Assembly: GCA_028023455.1 (NCBI GenBank)
Contig: JAQFVV010000002.1
Location: forward strand, 9,238,001 to 9,302,000
Reading direction: 5' to 3'
From: Epiperipatus broadwayi
Lineage: Eukaryota > Animalia > Onychophora
Length of the DNA stretch: 64,000 nt
The first letter of the stretch is position 1. The number at the start of each line of letters is the position of its first letter. The notes beneath the pieces were generated by a model that worked only from the letters and a program-made list of their open reading frames with translations, was not told the DNA's origin and did no database searches. Shown in pieces: positions 55,701 to 64,000 of the stretch. Made by a program: the position numbers and the translations under genes.

Positions 55701-56559
55701 TAGCAAATAACTTATAAAGTATAAAGGAAGTTATTACATTATATTTTCTTTATTTTCTTTTATACTAGAATATTAAAATATACTTAAAAGGTAAAGGTAA
55801 ATACTTTTGTTGGTATATAAACGATATACTTAGTATCTTAAGGATAATTTTATATGTTGAATTTTTAATAAGTATTAAACTTAGTTTAAATTTATAGTAT
55901 TGATAGGCATTACTATAATAATAATTTTCTTTTGGAAATATGAAGTTTACTATAGATATAAATGATAATGTAAGTAACTTGTATTCATTACTGTTAATGT
56001 TTTATTTAAGTATGATAGTGATGATGGAATATTGCTATCACAATTATAATCTCTTATATAATTTTATACAGTAAAGTCAAGAGTGAAGGGTATTTAATAT
56101 TTTATTATTTTCATAGTATCTCTTATGTAAATAAATATATTAATTTAATTAAGTTTTTGTTGTTATTTTGTAAATGTTAAAATTTTATAAATTTACATTT
56201 TTTGTAAATTTAAATATGTTGTTAAATAATAAAATTGTTAATGTTTTTTGTAATTCATATTGTCTTAAATGTTTTTTTGTTTGATGTGTCCAAGTGTTCT
56301 TGAATCTTTGTATTCACACATATGAGTTATAAAAATTATTTGTATCATTATATTACTGCACATGGTTAACAAGAATATATTATTACAATTATCATTATTA
56401 TTATAGAAGAGTTTATTAAATTTGCTAATTATGAAGATTATATAACACCAATTTTTAAAATTATCTAATATTACAATTATATTAAGAGTATGATGTTTCT
56501 GTAAATGCCACATAAGAATAAAAGATTTTATATCATAATATGATATACAGTGTTTTAGA

Positions 56560-56900
56560 ATTTATTAAAAATATTCTATATGGTGTTTTTATAAGAATTT
56601 ATAATGTTATTTATGTTTATTGAAGAGTAGTAGTTGAGTAAATGTATTATTTTAAGAATCATGAAAATATTCTAGTTGTTCATTATTGTTTTGGAAGAGT
56701 AGTTGAATATATGTAAAATCCCTCATTACATTTAGCTACGTTGTATTAATTTGTTTATCATTATTATTAGGAAATGAACCTGAGATATTGAATAATTATA
56801 AGAGTTAAATGAAGTGATGATGGATTGGAATTTTTAGTTAATGTTAAATTTAAATATTATCTTTCATGAAGAAATAGCAATTGCTTTATTGTTTCATAAT
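56560..56900 (+). pseudogene. Decayed SF3 helicase (NS1-like) domain; mirror copy at ~57925-58280 on the minus strand
   Basis: Two-arm consensus reads FIKNILYGVF..NVIYVY[decayed Walker A, reconstructed as G.SS.GK]YYFKNLENILVVHxCFGRVVEY..CIN..III..NEPE (Walker B)..GKEFLANVKFK (B')..CFIVS(N) (motif C). Order and spacing resemble densoviral NS1, but frameshifts are needed. Confidence 0.5.
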
Positions 56901-57406
56901 AAATTTTATAAATTATTTAATTAGGATTTATTTTATGTGTGTTGTGAGCAATGAGAATATTACAAGATAGTTTATTTATATAAATAAATTATGGATAATA
57001 TTTTTATGCCATTGATAGTATATCTTTCGGGATACATTCTCAATGTTAAACCAACAATGTACCTCGCTAAATGTCTCATGCAAAGTTTCATAATTTTTTT
57101 GTTAGTATTTTAATCAAACCATATTTTAGTAGTAAATAATGAGCTAGTCATAGTTTAAATTGTTATTATAATAAATGATTTTTGAATCCAATTTGAAATT
57201 TAGTATTTAATTTATGTGTTTTGACTTTCTTAGTTTATTATTTAAATAAGATAAATTATTGAAATATTACTTTGTTAGATATAGTATGTTAAAAATGCAT
57301 TCTGAGTTAAAGTATTGCTTTAATAATAAATATTGTTTTAATAATTCAATTGTGATTTGAAATATAATAGCTAGAGTTTAGCTGGAGAGTTTTCCAATGT
57401 TAGCCA

Positions 57407-57536
57407 GAATGAATCTAGGTTAGCTTTAATTCGGTAAGGGTATAGTGTTAGTGGGTTTTGGCATCCAACACATGGTGTCAAGACCCACTAACACTGAACC
57501 CTTGCTTCCTTACTATAATAAGGAAACTCACCAAAT
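57407..57536. other. Branched hairpin at the axis of the large palindrome
   Basis: 30-bp stem 57436-57465/57474-57503 with an 8-nt loop; 7-bp stem ttcctta/taaggaa at 57506-57525; GC-richer than the arms. Confidence 0.85.
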
Positions 57537-60500
57537 GGCTAACATTGGAAAGACTCTCTGGCTAACATTAAACCATTACCCATCAAATCACAATTGAATT
57601 CTCAAAATAATATTTATTAAAGTAATACTTTAACTAGCTCAGAAATGCATTTTTAAAAATAATATATCTAATAAAATTAACATTTAAAATAATTTATCTT
57701 ATTTAAATAATAAACTAAGAAAGTCAAACACATAAATTAATTATTAAATTTCAAATTGGATTCCCAGCTCATTTATTATAATAACAATTTAAACTAAGAC
57801 TGGATCATTATTTATTACTAAAATATTATTCAAATAAAATAAGTGCACTGTTGTTTTAACATTGAGGATGTATCCTGAAAGATATATTCTCATGGCTCAC
57901 AACATAAATCCTACTTAAATAATTCATAAAATTTATTATGAAACAATAAAGCAATTACTATCCCTTCATTAAAAACAATATTTAAATTTAACATTAGCTA
58001 AAAATTCCTTTCCATTATCACTTCATCTAAGTCTTCTAATTATTCAACATCTCAGATTCATCTAATAATAATGATAAACAAATTAATATAATGTAGCTAA
58101 ATGTAATGAGGGATTTTACATATATTCAACTACTCTTCCAAAACAACAATGAACAACTAGAATATTTTCAAGATTCTTAAAATAATACATTCACTTAACT
58201 ACTACTCTTCAATAAACATAAATAAGAATATAAATTCTTATAAAAACATCATATAGAATATTTTTAATACATTCTAAAACATCTTATATCATATTATGCT
58301 ATAAAATCTTTTATTCTTATGTGGCATTTACAGAAACATCATACTTTTAATATAATTATAATATTAGATAATTTTAAAAATTGATGTTATATAATCTTTA
58401 TAATTAGCAATAATAAGATCTTCTACAATAATGATGATAATTATAATAATATATTCTTGTTAACCACATGCAGTATATAATGATACAAGTAATTTTTATA
58501 AATCATGTGTGTGACTCCAAAGATTCAGAAACATTTGGACACATTAAACAAAGAAACTTTTGAAACAATATGAATTCCAAAAACATTAACAAGTTTATTA
58601 TTTAACACCATATTTACATTTACAAAAATATAAATTTATAAAATGTTAACATTTACAAAATAACAACAAAAAATAATTAATCAAATTAAAATATTTACAT
58701 AAGAGATACTATGAAAATAAAATATTGAATAGTTTTTACTTTTACTATTTGCTATATAAAATTATATATGATATTGTACATTATAAGAGTAATACCATTA
58801 CGATCTTTTATACTTGTGATAGTGATATTACATCACCACTATCATACTTAGATAAAACCATAACAGTAATGAATACAATTTACTTACATTATCATTTATA
58901 ATTTATATTTTGAAACAAAATTATCATTATAGTAAAGCCCATTAACGCTATAAATTTAAACTAAGATTAATACTTATTAAAATATAACATAAAATTATCC
59001 TTAAGATACTAAGTATATCACTTATATACCAACAAAGTATTTACCTTTACATATATTTTAACATTCTGATATAAAAGTAAATAATAAAAAAGTAGTTAAT
59101 GAAATAACTTCCTTCATAATTTATAAGTTATTTGCTATAAAATACTTAAAATAACCCTATAACTTTAATTTTTGTTAAGTTCACTTTACTTATACTATAT
59201 TTATTTATTTCCATATCTATCACTATAATAGCATTCAGGTGTTGTATTCCATCCACTTTCTCTCAAACAAAAATATGCATTTAACATTTGAGTTTAATGA
59301 TCTCCATTATCCATATATCTCTAGGAATATCAAATCATTTGTGATAAAAGTTTTCTTTCCTCTTGCATTCACAAATACTAATAACTTTTTGCAGGCCAGC
59401 TATTATTCTGACCAAGTTTTAAACTATATTATTCACAATGTAATATCCAGTGGTGATCAATAGTGATTTCCAGTGAGAGATATGAATACAACAATAACTC
59501 AAACTAATATGAAATATCATGATTGTAGTGTTTAAGGTCACATATTTATCATGCACCTTAAATTTCAGTCATGGCTTCTACCTGAGCTCTTACTGAACTA
59601 TGGAAAGAATGTAACTGACCATGTATTAAATATACAGAACTTTGTTACCTTATTTAATTCATTAATTCACAACAATATAAGTCAACTATAATATTTCTCC
59701 TCAATATCCCTATCACACAGAATTTCATTTTACAACTAATTTCCCAGACCACTACATTCTGAATACTTCTCTTGATATCGTGAAGAAATTCTAAATATTT
59801 TACATAAAATAATCTCCAAACTATATTTCAAAATAAATATCTAATATTAAAATCAAGAAGTTCAAACACATTGTATACACAAATGATTTCATAAAATACA
59901 TCTTTATCACACACTGATTCAATTATATTATAATATTAAATAATTCATAGATCAGTGTTTTCATTTATTGTATCTAAACAGACACTGTCTAGAATGATAA
60001 CTCATAATTATATTTAAAAATATACATATTTAAGCACTCATAAATGATTTAAAGAGCTTTAGATAACATACACAGTATTTTCTATCTTTATATTACAATC
60101 AAAAAATAACATATTCTTAGTCATATAAATATGATTCCATCTGGTTTTAATAATCAAGCAATATGCATAATAATTTACCTTTAATCCCAACAATTATTGG
60201 AATTCAATATGGTGATTCCATTCTCTTCATAGTTATCCAATCATATAACAAGTTATAGGCATTTTTTTAATCTTTTACCTTTCAGAAAAAATAATAAAAT
60301 TTAAAGCTACATAAAGTTGTTGTTGGTTTTCTTTCCTCCAGCTATGTCAATAATAAAGATCTTGCACTGTTGCTATTAACAACAAAAAAGTTTCAACAAA
60401 ATTTTTCTCTCCTCCAGATGAACAAACTTCCTAAGACATAAAAGTAAATCATTCAAAATCCCTTCCAAATACTGTCCATCTATATTTGATAAAAAGTTTG

Positions 60501-63500
60501 TCTAAGTACATTTTCTTAGCATTTCAAGAGAACAAATATTTGGGAAGAAAACAACCATTAAAATAATTTGATATTAGGTAATAATTTTCTAATAGAACCT
60601 TTTTCCATACTGGTCCACACTTATGGCAAAAAATATAACAAAATTAATATCTCTTCAAGAAGCATTTGTATACTTTATAAAATAACACCAATAATTATTT
60701 CATTCATTTTTATTAAACAATTTTCATTTAAATTCATTTCCACATATATTGATAAATAATTTGTAATGTAATCATAATAATTTATAAAATAAGTTTCTTT
60801 TGTTTTAAATTTCAAGAATTTTTCTTTTCAGATGTGCACATTCATTAATTAATTTCTTGCAAGTCTTTATACTTTCTTCCATCAGATAATAACATATTCA
60901 AAACTTAAAAGAATTTTAAAATATTATTAAAAGTTCATTTTCTCTTTAATGTATCAATCCTTCAATGAAAATTTTATGAAAACACGTTTTTTTTTCATTT
61001 TCCACACATGATTTTTAAAAAATATATTACTCATTCGGGCTGTTTTTTTCTTTTTAAAACAAATTACTATCAAAAACATTTTCACAAATGCATTCACAAA
61101 TAATTAGTATATATATATGTGCTCTGCGCACAGATAATGAAGCTATTAATTGTCTATGAATTTATTAAAATTTACCGCCAAGCACTTTCAGGACAGTTTA
61201 TAGTTTCATATTCATGGTGACTGTATTCAATTGATAACTATAATATCAATGCAAATTTTATGCAGATGTTACGTGGACCATTTTCAAGATAGGGAAGAGC
61301 ACATACATATACTAATTTACTTTAAGCGTTAATGAAGTAAAATCTTAACTATCACAAATAATATAAAAATATATGCCCATTTATAAAGTTCCATCACACA
61401 TTTATTTTATTTGCATAATGTCATTTATCATTCTTTCTTTTCTTCCTTTTAAAGAAAGAATAACTTTTCAAATAGCTTTTGATAATTATCCTCAACATAA
61501 TAACAGGACATAAATTTCACAAAAGTTTATATTTATGAGAATTTATCATAATTGCTAAATATAAATGTTCTCTCATTTCATTCATACAAATAACATTAAA
61601 TAAATAGTTCTTACAACTCCTTAGGTTTTTCTTGAATATATGGTTACAAATTTTATAGCTTGTTCTTTGCATCAGGTCACTGATTAGATAACAACTATTG
61701 GTCTCCATAAAGTTATCACAGTTTCGTTAAGCTTCGATATGAAAATTTACTGACAGGGAATTAACTTGTTTACCCAATTATAGGATACATTACACTAAAT
61801 TGTTTAAAATTATACTTTTAACTTTACTAATAAAAAAAATATTTTATAAAAAAATTAAAACTTTACTTGAGTAATTTGATTTTAAAAAATTGGTTTAGAT
61901 TTAGACTGAAATTAAAATAGATTTAAAGACTTAACACACATACTTATATCTTTTTTTATCTAGTTATTTCACTGGCTAAACCCAGTTATTCTTAGACACT
62001 AATTTACATATCAGTTACATCATTGTCTACAACTTATTTTCTAAAATAATCTAATTTAATTATATTTTATATTATATAAAATTTATTTAATATTTTATAA
62101 TATAAAATATCTTTATTTAAACATTAAAATATTTTTAATAATCTGAATATCAATTTAAAATAGAAAATATTAGTTAGACAAGTCAATAAAAATTAATTGC
62201 TACTTTTAAAATAAAAATTATAAAAATTAATATTTCTGACTAAAACATGTAAGCTCAAGGACAAAGACATATACTTTCAAGACATTTGACACTATTTTAG
62301 AAACATTCTAGAATAGCTAAATAATGGTTATTTAAAATAATAACTTAAATAAAATTATTTTAAAACATATTAGAAAAATTATATAATATTAAATATTGCT
62401 AATAGAATATTATTTCAACATTATATTCTTTAAATATAATAAACATTAAATAATTATATATTTCAAATAATAAATTATATATTACTTTTATCATTAAAAT
62501 TATATTACCACTTTAAAATACTTTGAATAAATGTATTAACTCTTTACCTAACAGGTTTAAGCTTATTTTACAGACAATATCAATACAAAATATTATTGAC
62601 TAATAAAAATTTAATTTTTTTTCAAACTAGCTATTTTTAAATCTTTCTAAAAATGACTATGGCAAATGGCATGGTCACAATATTGTACCATTTTGAAATC
62701 TCATTTGCCTTTATCCATTTAAAAAAATGATACAATATATCTGTATTCATCATGAGCATGAAATGATTTGTACATTTTAAAATGGGAGATCGATAATAAT
62801 TTTCGATAATACCCAGGGTTAAATATAAACGAGTATTTCTTTACTAATTATTAGAGGAAAGAAATTTAATTTCTAAAATCAAAATCTTCCCTTGTTAAAC
62901 TATTTACACTTCCACCCCAATATCTATTTGCCCGGTAGACATTTTCCCTCACTCTTTGCATACCTTTAAAAGATTGTATTAATTTAACAATCCTTAGCAC
63001 CACCCCCAACATAATAAAAGAAAGCAAAAAGTTAAATAATTTCCCTTCCCTATCCGCTGAGAGAGTATGCAAAGAGGTTATTGTACATATGTTTAATTTG
63101 GATGAAGGAAAACTGGGTGAAAAGTATATTATAATTCAACTCCCCGATATAATATCCCAATGGCTAGCTCAAATATAATTCCCCATCTCAGGTACTTTGG
63201 GTAAATATTGCTATAACTTTTTATAGCCATGGTAAGTAGATATTACAAATAGGTGATTGCATTTTATTATTATTTTGCATTATTCTACAATGAATTATAT
63301 CATAAACAAATAAAGTATAAGAGAATATAGTTTATTTAACTAAAAAAAAACTCCACCACATACATTTAAACATTATAATATTGAGTCATAAATTAATTAT
63401 AAGGCTTTCTATTTCAATTTTATTATTCTAAAAAATATTTAAATCCCTATATTCAAAATCTACATTTAGATTAAAAGGAACAAAGAAATAAAATAAAAAA

Positions 63501-64000
63501 TCCATTTTCTAATTTATACGTAAGCTGGCTTATTTACCATAAAAAATGGTTAAAGATGGATGCCAATGGGATGGTCTATACTCCCCTCTCCCCACACAAG
63601 ACAATGACTGTTTCATTTTATAAATTCTCCAAAAACATGCAATAAGTTATATACAGATCTAACCCCTTGAACTTTCCGCATTTGCTCATATAAACTCTTA
63701 AGACTAGATACATCTTTACATTTGGGTACATAAAGTAATAATTTACATATATATTATTATTTTTTTATAAAAAAAAATAAAAAAATGTATAGGCTGGCTA
63801 TATAGGTCACTCCACGAGGGATGATGCTACCATGATTAAAATTAACTAAGATGTAAAGATTAAAAAAAAATGAGGGAAAAGAACAAGAAAATAATAATCC
63901 TATATTTACTGGATTTGAGTGAGATCTATGTATAAGCAATATTATTTTACAATATTTTATACAACAAAAAAAAATGATTATATCTTATAATGTGTTAGTA

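Larger units (their letters stand above)
53966..60658. mobile_element. ~6.7-kb palindrome; putative endogenous parvovirus/densovirus-like element (tail-to-tail dimer)
   Basis: Arms 53966-57406 and 57537-60658 are reverse complements along their length, with indels; strong G+T versus A+C strand skew that flips at the centre; branched hairpin at the centre; SF3-like relic in both arms. Confidence 0.6.

Noticed and set aside
54000-57300. In-frame TGA codons suggesting genetic code 4 (Spiroplasma or mitochondrial origin); COX2/ND5-like look of the arms
   Set aside because: TAA/TGA/TAG counts in the frames read are about what the base composition predicts, and no diagnostic mitochondrial protein motifs could be aligned.
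1-64000. Remaining 60-140-aa ORFs in the track, and CRISPR- or operon-like organisation
   Set aside because: They are F/I/L/K-rich chance frames, antisense shadows or TE fragments. The window is eukaryotic with spliceosomal signals, and the repeats are tandem or inverted, not repeat-spacer arrays.

Overview
Very AT-rich, CpG-depleted eukaryotic DNA, most consistent with an arthropod (probably an insect); almost all of it is intron or intergenic sequence full of decayed mobile elements. Host coding signal is sparse: a K/S/N-rich exon at 624-1100 and a 100-nt exon at 52691-52790 encoding Cys1-Cys4 of a vein/neuregulin-type EGF domain. The dominant feature is fold-back DNA at every scale. (i) A ~6.7-kb palindrome (53966-60658) whose arms carry a decayed SF3-helicase (parvovirus/densovirus NS1-like) signature and meet at a branched, GC-richer hairpin, as expected for an integrated replicative-form dimer. 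(ii) A ~4-kb head-to-head palindrome of a Penelope-like retroelement (RT + GIY-YIG) with junction microhomology suggesting snap-back synthesis. (iii) A repeat family (19748-20600, 38447-39242) carrying CpG-decayed minimal type I hammerhead ribozymes, in tandem and fold-back arrangement (retrozyme/pLTR-like). (iv) Several 80-280-bp hairpins, and two short inserts with 14-15-bp flanking direct repeats. Also present: a Tigger/pogo relic with TIRs and TA TSD, a 7.8-kb non-autonomous Ty3/gypsy-like LTR element with >2-kb LTRs, RTE-like LINE relics and a CpG-retaining island at ~30.4-33.2 kb. All calls were made by eye; no database search or folding program was run, and the boundaries of decayed elements are approximate.
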